A stretch of DNA of 64,000 nt from positions 62,001-126,000 of the forward strand of contig NIVC01000076.1 in the NCBI GenBank assembly GCA_002269645.1, written 5' to 3'. The DNA comes from Macrostomum lignano (Eukaryota). The notes beneath the pieces are model-generated. The model was not told the DNA's origin. It did not search any database and was given only the letters and a program-made list of their open reading frames with translations. Positions 36,388 to 49,100 of this stretch are shown here, in pieces (position 1 is the first letter of the stretch; the number at the start of each line of letters is the position of its first letter). Position numbers and translations under genes: made by a program.

Positions 36388-39300
36388 TTTTGATTCTATT
36401 AACTGCGTTGAACACATTACTCGTAGTAACTTACTTTGTGCTTTTACATGTAACAAAAAAACCAAACTTAATTTTAACTAAATAGGATAAGTACATGTAA
36501 CTTAATTATTGGGGCGAGAAAATCGGTAATTAATACTACGTACTTTCAATTTATATTGTAAATGAATCAGCCATTTCTGTTGGTTTTGGAAACTGATTAA
36601 AATGACCGACTACATTTTCTGTTTTGAATCTCGGTTGCACGCGTATTTATTGTACGACCTTCTTGATAAACAAAATGCTTGCATTGGTTAATGCCCACTT
36701 GAGGCGAGGACTGTTTGTGAATTGTCAGCTGAATATTTTGTTAAAGATACACTTTGCTGAAGTGCAGTGCTAAAGGTCTTCGAGAGATTCTGTGACTCAA
36801 TTTCTTACAGGTGTACGTGCGTACTTTTGAAACTTCTCTTCTAATGCGTGCACACAATCTTTTAATTATTTGTCAACATCTGCCAGCAAGTGTATAGCGA
36901 AATATGTTAAATAGCTTCCGAAAAGTTTAATTTGTTTGATTTAATTTCACGCATACAGGCCTTCTTGTTCAGGTGCAGGTACAGCACATTTTGTATGTGT
37001 ACGAGTACATGTAGTCAAATTTTTATGTACTGCATATCGGGGAATAAATGTAATTGACACACTATAGCTAGCTAGATTTTAACAACAATGAGAAATCCAG
37101 ATACAGTTGGATAAGTTTTGAGCAAAAGTCTATAGTAATATTAGTCATCTCTTCAGATTGATAATTCCCAAATAAATGGTTACATGTGTGTGTGCATGTC
37201 CATGCACGTCATGCTCGACAGCGGCTAAGATTATTCAAAACAAATGCTTCTGTGCAATCGCAGTTTAATGTAGCTATGCATAAAAATAAAGCCACACAAG
37301 GCTGCGTAAGTTACCCAAGCGAAATCGAATACAAGTGTGGCTTAAAATGCATGTTGCGTTTGATGAAATGAAAAAGATTATCTGCAATATAATAGCTCTT
37401 AAATTGTTTGCACATTAACGGTTTTTTTTTAAATTAAAACAAAAGAAAATATTATTTGTTTCACAATACTTTCTGATTGTATTTCAAAAGTTCAAAATTA
37501 AGTTATATTTTTTTATTTTTAGTCCGTTGTTTCAGCCGAAATTTAAGTTGTACATAAGTGGGGCGATTTTTTGGTCACTCATATTTTCTTTTTTCTTTCT
37601 TGTTGCGTGATGCGGACTTTTGCGCGCATGCCCATGCAGTGAGAAGTCGTGTCGTTGTTCGGTTAGTCGTGAATGATGAAGACAATAAAATTTTGTTCTT
37701 TTTGATGTAGTGTTTTTGTATTGTAATAGGCACTTCAGTGAGAAAATTAAATTTCAGAAATTGTTATAGGCTGCTATTTCACTAGATAGATCTTACTTTC
37801 CCATTTCCAAAATGGCCAAACTTTAGTGATTTGGTTGAGTAATAAGGAAACTACAGCTATTTTAGTAACCCCGATTTGTGCCTTTAGCCAATGGAATTTT
37901 TACATTACGGTTTGTGATCATTTTTGGCCAAAAAGTTGGCTTTTTGTCTTTGAACACTTGTAATTAATTTTCTAGCCAACCAAAATGACTGTGCTTGGTG
38001 TCATTTTGTTCAGTTTTTTAGTGTTAATTGTATGAATTATATATTTTAATATTATTTTATATGCCCAAGTTGCTAAGCTAATTGAAACAGGATGGGTGTA
38101 TGAAATTTTGACTATTTTAACCAGATACGCAATGATTGCAATTTTAAAAATACAATAGCATCTGTTCTGCTTGCTTAATTTATACAAGGCTAGTGTCATT
38201 TTGTTCAGGTTTTTACCTACTATAATACTATTCTACTTCTTGCCCTAAATTTTTAATGCATGACAGACACCCCAACTGCAATGTAATGTGCTGTACAGGC
38301 TTTGCGCATGGGTTTATTAAAAAACGGTTTTGCCTATCGTGTTCAGCATAGCAGAATTAGTTAAATGACACAGAGAACTAGTTTGCCGGAAGGCAGAGTC
38401 TCACAAAAAACACGAAATACACGTTTCAATGGGTATTTTACATGTAAACGTATCAAAAAAAGAAACCTCCACAAAATTTTTGCGCCTATAGCTATTGGCA
38501 AGCGGTTTTTTTTACTGTGCTTGTATTGTCAATAGGTAATGAAAAATATAAAGAGAAACAATGCAGGAAAAGGATTTCATGGAAAATTTTGGATTTGAAA
38601 TTTTGCATAGAGCCATATGGGCATTAAAAGAAAAAAAAAATTTTTTTAACACCAGAAAAATGTTTCTAAATTATCCCTTTACACTATAAAACCTTTGTTT
38701 CCATTATAAGAAACACATTGCAGCTAAGAAAAAGCATTTTCTGAACCACTGTTTTTTTATTCATTTTGGCTTCAATTTTATATTCCTCCTAAAAAATGGT
38801 CAACTTTAAAAATAGACAGTGCAAAAAGTATAACAAAGCTAGACTTGCAGTTGGTGTCATTTGAAAGAGCTCCTTTTTACCTTTTAAATGCATATTTTAC
38901 TTTCATCCTAGCTTCTATAGTTTCTTTAAAATCGCCCTTGAAAAATTGGACTTTTTTCTTACTTTTTTGCCATTGGCACGCACTTCTTATAACTCACTGA
39001 AGTCCCTAATTGTAATATCATACTCGTATAATCAGAAATTTGTGAATTTTGGGTAGGCCTATATGATTTATATTTATTAAATAAAACTTTACAATTTTAT
39101 CAAATCATAAATTTTGTCACCTGTAACCATACTTCATAGCCAGGTCCCGTGATTTTTATGGGGTATTTAGGGTATTTTAAATTTAAGCTCCATTTCTCTG
39201 TAACTTTGACTAAAATCCATATAATCAATAATCCATGTAGAATTTATTGTGGCAGAAGCTTTGGCAATCTTTTACTTTACTGCATTTAATTAATTTAACC

Positions 39301-39994
39301 GTTTTTTTATTTCAGAACATAAAGATGGTAGGAGGATAAAAGGTGAGTGTCTTTAAGTGTTAGGTAAGTCAATTAGTCAGTAGTAATGAGCCACCCAGTA
39401 CAGGAAGTTGCTAAACTCCTTTCTAGGAAAGAGCCAGCACCAGAGATACTCATTGAGATGGGTTTCAAACAGAGCTTCAGAAGTGCCATGCATTGCCCAG
39501 AACTTTGCCTTGACATGGGCCCACAACCCCTCGATGGTGTTTGTGTAGATCTATGGGTCATTAGGGTAGACAAAATTGAGTCAATAATTCACAACAGCGT
39601 GGTTCTGCAAGCCATTGTAGGCCTGCCATCTGCCAAAATTAATTAAAGGCAGTAAAGTAAAAGATTGCCAAAGTTTTTCATTTTAAATTGTATTGTAATT
39701 GTATTAAGATACAAAATACTAGCTAGGGCCTAGGCACAGCAATGGCACTAGGCTTAGGTATACATTAATATATATCTATATGTAATCTTGACTAAAATAC
39801 ATATAAAATATATCAAAAATATAGGCCTACCTATACTATACCTAGTGCTAGGCTTAGGCCTAGTGCTACAGTCCCATAGTATAGGGGCCTACTTAGGCCA
39901 TAGTTTGGAAAGCAACAGAACATGTATCAGCAATCTTCCAGTTTGTTTTGCGATATTATTCTCAAGTTTGAATTGGTGCTGCAACACAATGACA

Positions 39995-40683
39995 CATGCT
40001 TGAGTGCAACCTTGGGATTCACTCGCATACATGCGTAACCCCCCTGTTTTACACTGGCCATGTGACTTACTGGGTTTTTTTCATCCAAAATCTAGTTGCC
40101 AAATGGCAATGTTTTTGCAACAATTTTCATGCATTGATGAAAAAAATAATATGCTCAAATCAGCTTAGGCTTCTGGTTTTCAGCCAAGTCAATCTTAGCA
40201 GTAATAAAATGTGACAGACTGTTTTATCATTGGCAACTGCCTTGGTTCAAGTTGGTTGCCAGATTGGCCTCTGATGCCACAAATCCAGTTGCCAATGGCT
40301 TTTTTGGGTTGCTGGTGGCTATCGTATGGCCTAAAAAAACCCAGGTGACTTACCTATGAAAGAAACCCTAGAGCAACATTACCTAAAAACTTTTGGGTAA
40401 ATAGCAGGAGTAACTATGACTGTCTTATAAGGGCTAAATGCCTCATCATCTAATTAGTACTATGTCTGTATTCTTTGGGATGGGCATTTTTTGTGACTTA
40501 CCCCTGGTCCACCACAATTTATAGTGGCCAGATTGGCCAGGTCGGCCAGCAGTTGTGTATGCATATTCACTTGGCCATTTCTATTGGACAGAATAGTAGT
40601 CACATGACTACTCTCAGCCAATAGCGACTTACATGTGTTGCTAATAGAAACAGCCAGGTGATTCCCAAGGTTGTGCATGCATG
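39995..40683. mobile_element. CAT-ended MITE (host copy) interrupted by a nested element
   Basis: Left end CATGCTTGAGTGCAACCTTGGGATTCAC; body resumes at 40566 and ends CCCAAGGTTGTGCATGCATG. Flanks CAATGACA / TAATGATA (6/8). Homologous to 44188-44332 and 49626-49795. Confidence 0.7.
40026..40565. mobile_element. Nested CAT-ended non-autonomous element, 540 bp
   Basis: Starts CATACATGCGTAAC, ends with decayed GTTGTGTATGCATA. Flanks TTCACTCG / TTCACTTG (7/8). Subterminal GGCC repeats are shared with 41377-41675. Confidence 0.65.
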
Positions 40684-41376
40684 TAATGATATGTTAGAAA
40701 ATGATGTCTATGGCCAAAAGGGATGCAAAATAGCACTATTAAAGACATTCTGATTTCACTGGCTATCTGAGGAATTTCTATGGCACTGCCTATACCCTGG
40801 CATAGCATTTGGTGCTGTGCTATATTGAGTGTCATATTATTATCCTCTGTAACCAGATCCTCTATAGTTTTCTGCTCTGTTTTTTGCCCCCCTTTAACTA
40901 TTACTTGTCTGCTTCTATTTCAGATCCCTTTTGGCCATAGGTATCATTTTCTGATGTTTCACTACATTGACACACCATTTTAAACTAAATAAACAAGCAA
41001 ATAATATTGTGAAACAAACTGGAAGATTGCCCATATATCATATATGCTAGTTGCCAGGATTTCTTGGTATACTATAAAAATGAAAGTATTAAAAATTTTT
41101 TATACTTTGTTTTTCATTGCAAAGGAATTGCAATGATTTTTAATAAATTCGGGAAAAGGTCTCTACATATGCCAAGTATACCAAAAAATTGGAAATATGA
41201 TAGTCATATATGCCAAAATTAAAAAATTATGCAACTTTACTTTGTGCTTCAACAATAAAAGACATATTGTGCAGTTGCAAACAAAACAGTATGCAGTAAA
41301 ATTTGTTAATATAGTATTAAAATGTATTATATGAATGCTGCAAAATGCACCTTGATGTTATCTCTATAACAACATA

Positions 41377-41675
41377 CATACATGCGCAACAGTCGGCCGA
41401 GTCGGCCGATCCGGCCGACCGATTTGGCGGCCAACCAAGGAAGTCGCAAAAATGCCCACCCAAAAAAATGACCAAGTAGTAGTACTAAGTAGCTGACGAG
41501 GCATTTTAGCCTAATAAGACAGTCATCGTTACTCCTGCCGTTTACCCAAAGTTGCGTTAACTTTGCTTTAGGGTTTTTTTTACATGTAAGTCGCATTTTT
41601 GGCCAAAAACTACGTCGCATTCTTGTTAAAACTAAGTCGCATGGCCGACCGAATTTCGGAGGTTGCGCATGTATG
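41377..41675. mobile_element. CAT-ended MITE, 299 bp, perfect 14-bp TIR, perfect 8-bp TSD
   Basis: CATACATGCGCAAC ... GTTGCGCATGTATG. ACAACATA at 41369-41376 and 41676-41683. Confidence 0.88.
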
Positions 41676-41748
41676 ACAACATATGACTCATGTTTGTAGG
41701 TAGAACTTTTGCAATACAATAAGCAGAAATATATGAAAAAGCAACTAA

Positions 41749-42735
41749 AATAATAATAATAATAATAATAATAGTTACGCCCTATGCTAGCCACGGGAGT
41801 GGCCAAGAGGGGGGAGCGTCAAATCGCGCGTTTCAGAGCTAGGTCTCTAATGTGCTTCACACTGGCCATCTGGCTGGGTGCTCGCACATCTTCAAAAAGG
41901 CGGTCGACATAGTGGGCTGATCGTCCCTGGCCACACCTGCATGGTCCCTGCGGGGTCCACAGCAGGATGTCCTGCAGTGGCTCTGGGCAGCAGGCTTTAG
42001 CCCGGATGACATGTCTGGCAAGCCGCAGGCGCCGCTGACTCAGCAGGGCAGAAGGCCGCATCAGGCCTGTGTGCTTGTACAGGGACTCAGTTGTCTCGCT
42101 GCCAGGGCTGCGGCGGGCGCCGAAAGCGGCGCAGACTAGGGCTGCATGTGATGCGTTGAGCTGTGCCTCAAGCGCCCTGGTCAGCGTCCAGGTCTCAGCA
42201 TTGTACAGCAGGGTGGTCTCAACAACCGCCTGGAACAGCTGGGACCTGGTGCCGTCAGACAGGGCCTCGGAGAGCAGCACCACCCGCACAGATCGGAAGG
42301 CAGCCCAGGCCTTGCCGCGCCATCTCATTAGGTCGTCACCGACATCTGGCACCAGTCCGCCAAGGTAGACAAATGAAGGCACTTCAGGAGCGCCGTCCCG
42401 GGGCCATCGCCGTCTCAAAGTCGAATCTTGGCGGGTAGATCATGCGGCACCATCAGCACCTTGGTCTTCCTGGCGTTGATGACGAGACCGACCCTCGCCG
42501 CCACCACAGTCAGGCTGTCCAGCAGCCGTTGGGCGCCTTTGGCCATGGAAGACAGCAGGGCGAGGTCATCTGCGTAGCCAAGAACAGACAGTTTCTTCTC
42601 CGGGTGCCGTCTACTGGTGCGCCTTTGCAGCAGAAAGCCATCCTCTGATGTCGGCAGGCCGGTCCTGAGCACCCAGTCCATCACCAGCACAAAGAGAAAG
42701 GGCGCCAGAGTGTCACCCTGTAGCACTCCTGTAGC
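41749..42735 (-). mobile_element. 5'-truncated non-LTR retrotransposon (RTE-like) reverse transcriptase fragment with (TAT)n tail
   Basis: GVLQGDTLAPFLFVLVMDWVLR, YADDLALL, GLVINARKTKVL, FVYLG, LFQAVVETTLLYNAETWTL. One frameshift near 42415, stop at 41819, TAT-repeat tail 41773-41749. Confidence 0.9.
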
Positions 42736-44187
42736 ACAAAATTATAGAAATGGCTACTAAAGGCAATCATTGATATAAAATGCATGTCCTGTAGGCCTTT
42801 CTCAGAAGCAAGTGATAAGTAATAACTTAGTAGATAAGTTAAGTTTAAAGTATTTTAGCAATCAAAATTTTTTTATGGATAAAAAAATAACCCTTAATCT
42901 CTATGGCAGTAGCAATTATACGAGCTAGCTACTGAAAAAATATTTTTTGATACATATAAGCAAGAATATTGTGTCTGGTTGCAACAACAATCTCTACTAG
43001 CATATAAAAGCCAAGTGTATAGAGGTGGCAAGCCCCCCCCCCCTACTAGCCTTTCAAAAGCCAGGAGTATGGAGGGTGGCAAGCCAACAGCAAAGTTGAG
43101 GGGAGGTAGAGGTATGAGTTAAGGAATTATAACTAAATATGGCTTCTTAGTTCTTATTTAGGCTAAATATATAGGTCTTAGTTATAAATCCATCGTCCTA
43201 CCTTGAAGATAATAGCATTTTTATTCATTAGTTACAAGTAATTTAATCAATATTAAATGCCTAGCAGCAATATATAATTTAAACTTGCAATAGAGAAATA
43301 TTTAATTGTTCTTTTTTTAAAACTGAATCCTTTAAAAGCAAAATTAAGAATGCGAGTGCTATCATTTTTTGTTATGTGACATGTTTTGCTTTGCATCAGG
43401 CATCGTTAGGCTCCTGATATTTAGTTACAATTTATTTGTTTATTTACTTTTATTTAGCAATTAGATGATAGCATTATAATTTAGCAATTATAAGTAAATA
43501 AACAAATATTGTAACTAAATTTTAAGACCCTTTTCATCAGATGCGCAACTTTACCATAGTAATCCTTTAAAGTCCTTTAAAGGTTAATTCAATTAACATA
43601 TTGTTTTTTCTAGGTCAATGTAGTTTGCGCTAGTAATCAAGTTGCAATTTCATTTTTCTTTTTCTTTTCTTTTGTTTTTCTTTTCTTTCATTTCTTTTAT
43701 TTTTCTTGTCTTGTTGTTTTTGTTGTTTTTGAATTTTTAATTTCTTGGGTAGAACTTGGCTAGTAGCCTCTTTATATAGCTAGATTGGCTAAGTCATTCT
43801 TCTATCATATATCTATGCATAAGGACATCAATTTTTTCATTTGGTATATTTCAAGTCTTTTCTAAAATGCTATCTTCTTAAAAGATTTCTAGTTTTGTTT
43901 CATATGCATATAGCTATATAAGAACATAAAGTAGACTGAAAATTTAGTGAATAAAATAGAATGTATTTGAATGTGCACAATAATTTTTTTAAGATATTAG
44001 GATTGAAACTGAATGATTAGGAGAGAAGAAGCTGAATTGTAAGATTAAAACATTTAGAAAATCAAATTTGTAAAAGCATATGATGACTACCAATTGTTTT
44101 TTGCTATATATAAAAACTTAACTATAATTTGTATTTATAATTTTGCAAAATAATACAACATAGTTAATATGTTTTTTATGTTTTGTC

Positions 44188-44332
44188 CATGCTTGGGCGC
44201 AACCTAGGGATTCACCTGGCCATTTCTTTTGGCAACACACACATGTAAGTTGCTATTGGATAGAATAGTAGTCACTAATGTGTGTGTTGCCAATAGAAAG
44301 AGCTGAGTGATTCCCAAGGTTGCGCGTATATG
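44188..44332. mobile_element. CAT-ended hairpin MITE, 145 bp
   Basis: CATGCTTGGGCGCAACCTAGGG ... CCCAAGGTTGCGCGTATATG. Flanks GTTTTGTC / GTTTTGCC (7/8). Confidence 0.82.
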
Positions 44333-46107
44333 GTTTTGCCTGCATTATTGGTATCTGGAAAATACTATTGTAATAATGTATTTTAAAGCCCCAGGAATTT
44401 GCTAGCTAAACTTTTGTAGATCTTTTTTATACCAAACTTTTTTGAATGAATTGATGCTAATTGTTTTTATAATGATAGTTGCCTTACTAAACACACAGAA
44501 AAAAAATTAAAATATGTAGAATAGCCTACTTAAGGAATAGTTGATAAATAAAGATTATTATCAATATGAATGAGATTGATAGTTCAAATCACATTTAAAC
44601 TCATATAGCATGCTGGTATCGCCTCTAAATAGTGATTGTTGAAATAATAGCTCATATTGGTAAGTAGGGATTTCCAAATCCTACCACTTTTCAATCATCA
44701 GATTAGGAAATCCCAAAATCCCAGGATTATACTCGTAAATCAAAGTAATTCCCAGCCCAAAGTAATTTTAGTCCTCCTAGACAGACCTTGATAAAGATTT
44801 AATTAGTTTTCAAATGTAATCATAGGCTGTGATGATAGTTTTAGCCTTCAATTTTTTGTTGAAAAGAAAGCATCTTACTCTTATTCACATTGTAGGAACT
44901 AGATCTACTAGATCTAGTTCTATGGTCACAACCATATCACAGACCATGCCTCGCCTCATGATTAGCTGACATTGTGGGTTAGTATTGGTGGGTCAACTGT
45001 CTGTCGGTAGTAAAATATGAAATTTGGAATTGCATGAATTGCTGTCATTTAAAAAGTTGCTATTGTAAATCCCAGAATTTACAGTTGTCGAAAATCCCAA
45101 ATTTTAAGAATACATTCCAGACTATACTGGTGAATCACAAGAAATTGCATCCGTAGTAACACTTTTGATGCTTTAAAAAATCATTCCCCAGAATAAAGTA
45201 GTATTTGCTCAAGTGTAGCTGCAGCAAAAAATTAACGGGATTAATTTGGTTAGATTGTTCGCCTGACTGCCCCTTTTAAATTGTATTTTTAGTTCTAACT
45301 TTAATCCCTCGGCTTGCTGCTCCCAATCCCATCAGAACAGTGAGGCATTCCCTGAAAGATAGAAGTTTCAGGCAGGGGAAGGAAAAGATCGGATTGAGCA
45401 GGGGGGCAGTGCAGTGAAGGAGGAAAGAGTGTAGCCGAATGGGAAAAAGATCTGTGCGCAGCGGGGCATTGGCTCTTTCAGTCAGTTAGTCAGGCAGGCA
45501 GTCTGTGTGCTTTGATGAAAAAAAACTGATGGGCCATTCGCTTCCCTAAAGGCATCCTGCAGGAGGGAAGCCAGAGAGCTAGTGAGGGAAGGGGGGCAGG
45601 TCCCGGCCGATTTGAGGAGAATTTGAGAAGGAATGAAAACGTGCTCAATAGCGCTCGTCCAATAGGAGAGCTGACTTCTTCAATATATCCAAACATCAAA
45701 GCGTTATTTCGCCTATATTGCAGTTCTGTCCCATAGTCCATAGTTTCTCTCTGTCTGTGTCTACACTGTCTATATATGCCGATATTTTCAGACCCCATCC
45801 CCAATCTTTGGCTAATCGTTACATTCAACCCAGCTTCCCACAAGTTTTATATTGCTATAAAGTATATGTATTAATATAACGTTTACTCTAAAAGATTGAA
45901 ACTCCGCTGCTTTCTTGATTCAATATTTATTTTCGCTTTTTCAGGCTCTCACGGTGCGAAATAGTTAACAATAATAACCATATTAACAGTGAGAGAGAAA
46001 GAGAGAGAGAGAGAGAGAAAGAGAGAAAGGCGATTCGACAAGGGCGAAAGTCGGCTTCGACTCGATAGAGAGAGAGAAAGAGCAAAGGATTGTGAGGCTG
46101 ACGCAGC

Positions 46108-49100
46108 ATGCCAGCTCTAGTGGATATCAATGTCACAATGGCCCTGACGCCAGTGTCACACTCGCCAATGGACGCCGAACAATGGGGCCGTCAGAGATTC
46201 GCTATATTTTTAGCCGCTTCAATTGGTTTGTACGCCGGTTTAGGATGCCTATTATTAGCCTGTATAGGTATCGTTTGGCGCCGTCGGAGGCGCTTAAATC
46301 GGCGCCGATTACGCGCCGGCGCCTCGTCGGCGGCTGTGTCCTCGTCGTCGGCCGCTATGGGCAACGGTGGTCACAATTTTGGCACCAATCACGACTGGCT
46401 GCTGGCGAGAGGCACCGGCTGCAGCTCTTCGTCAGCTGGCGGGACTCCGTCGATGGATGACTGCAGCGTTCGGTTGGTCAGGCAGCTGCCTTGTTCGGGA
46501 AAAGCCGCCATCATCTACGAGGCTGTGCTAGATGTGAGACTCCATAATCCCCTATTTAGATTCTATAATCCCTTATTTAGATTATCTAATCCTCATTTTG
46601 GATTCTTTAATCCTCATTTTAGATTCTCTAACCCCCATTTTGAATTTTCTGATTCCCATTTTAGATTCTCTAATCGCCATATTGGATTTCCTGATCCCCA
46701 TTTTAGATTCTTTGATCCCCATTTTAAATTCTCTAATCGCCATTTTATAGATTGTCTAATCTCCATCTAGCATTCTTTAATCCTCATTTTAAATTCTCTA
46801 ATCCCCATTGTAGATTCTCTGATCCCCATTTTAGATTCTCTGATCCCCATTTTAGATTCTCTAATCGCCATTTTGGATTTTCTGATCCCCATTTTAGACT
46901 CTCTAATCGCCATTTTAGATTCTCTGATCCCCATTTTAGATTCTCTAATCGCCATTTTAGATTCTCTGATCCCCATTTTAGATTCTCTGATCCCCATTTT
47001 AGATTCTCTAATCGCCATTTTAGATTCTCTGATCCCCATTTTAGATTCTCTGATCCCCATTTTAGATTCTCTAATCGCCATTTTAAATCCTCTAATCCAG
47101 ATTATAGATTTTAAATCTCCATTTAAGATTCTCTAATCCTCATTTTATAGATTCTCTAATCCTCATTTTATAGATTCTCTAATCCTCATTTTATAGATTC
47201 TCTAATCCTCATTTTATAGATTCTCTAATCCTCATTTTATAGATTCTCTAATCCTCATTTTATAGATTGTCTAATCTCCATCTAGCATTCTTTAATCCTC
47301 ATTTTAGATTCTCTGATCTCCATTTTAGATTCTCTAATCCTCATTGTTGATAGTATAATCCCCATTGTAGATTCTCTGATCCCCATTTGAGATTTTATAA
47401 CCCCCTTGTCCACCCTCAATAATCAGTCTCATAAGCTACTGAATTCTGATTCGACCCATTCATACTTTAGTCTCAGAACGGCGATCCCTTATCACCCTTC
47501 CCATCATGCCTCATTCAGTCCTCAGCCGGTGACAGCAGCGGCAGTCGATCGTGTGTTGCCAAACTATTTTATCCGGAATCGTCGAGCTCTATAGCCCAGT
47601 ACCGGTCTGAGCTGTCTTCTTATCGCAAGCTGGAACGAGCCAACGCTGTGACATTCTTCCCCAGGCTGTTTGGTTGCACAATGTACACCGGACAGAGGCC
47701 ATGTCTGCTGCTGGAACTGGCCACCGGGGGCTGCTTATCCGACCAGTTGGCCGATAGGTGAATTCTTATCTATCACTTAGTTCTCGCTGTACTTTTAGAT
47801 ATTGATAAAACCCCAGGAGTATTGTATCTGAAAGCACTTTAACGAGTTTCTTGTGTCATAGTACTCTTGGCGCGACATGTTCAAATTTGAAATGGCATAA
47901 CCGTTTTATTGGCCTTTCAATTATTATCTAGATTTAGATTAGCTAGATCTATATTGTCTATATTTATATAAGCATTAGCAAGGGCGTGAGAGATTTGCTA
48001 TCTTATATACTTAGCTTTTATTCTGTAAAACTGTTACGTACAATTTGCGTATATGCAGCGTAGGTCTACTTATTGGCTATGAGTTTATAAGCCTGCTAAT
48101 CATAATTATTAATACGCTCGTATACAGCATTGCTTTGCAGAGATGCCTACCACAGTTCAGTTAATTAGCATTATTACCTTCATTCGATTTTATATGCACT
48201 ACGCACTGACGATTAGTGTTAAACCTAGACAAAGCTGGGTAGAAGAGGTGGGAACGTATTTCATAGTCGTGCATCAGTCTTGAAGGGGTACCCAGATTTA
48301 TGTAGGATACCTAGATTAATAAATACAGATAAACAGCCGTGTACTCAGATTAATACCTAAATAAATACTCAGTCATATAGCCATATAAATACTAAATAAG
48401 TACCTAGCCGTATACCCAGATAAGTACCCAGTCATATACCCAGATGTCCAAAAAAGTGGCCATCCTTTTTAGGTGGACAGCAGGGTATTTATTTGGGTAC
48501 ATAATTAACTTTGAGTGACACTAAAAATCCCAATGAATATATCCAGCTGCTTAAGTGAACTCAAGCCCCCATCTGTTACTCACTTTCAACTGATAAAATT
48601 CAACCAATCAAGGTGCTACAGCTGGTCAGATTTCTGCCGTTTAGCCTGCGCCCTCTGCGCCGCCGTGGCCCAGTTTCACAGCATCGGTCGGGCTCATTGC
48701 CGATTAGAGACTGCCAGCTTTGTGCTCAGAGGGCCGCTGGCACCACTGCTAGTGGGCCTGTCCGGCTTCTGGTCCACCGTTGGTAGTCACCTGCGCTACG
48801 CTGCACCAGAGCTGTTAGCAGCTTCCCAGCAGACTCCGCAGCATCATAATCAGAAACGGAATGGCAAATTGCATCAGCAGGGTCAGGGCTCGTTCAATCT
48901 GGAACAGCTGATGGCGGCTGATTCTTATTCGCTAGGCCTCATACTGTGGGAGGTCGCTACCCGGTAAGTCCAATCACAGTGTATTAGTCTTCTACCGGTA
49001 TGGGATACTTTGATATGGTTATGATGTCATTGATACTTACTGACGTCATCGACCCTCATTAATGCTTGCTCACATCATCAACTCTCACTGATGCTTTCTG

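Noticed and set aside
36388-36900. SECIS element after the SelM-like gene
   Set aside because: No in-frame UGA to recode and no convincing ATGA/AA/GA stem seen by eye.
46534-47136. HFRFSDP / MGIRESK repeat ORFs and read-through of receptor exon 1
   Set aside because: Products of the 21-bp intronic array; the kinase continues in the 47519 exon.
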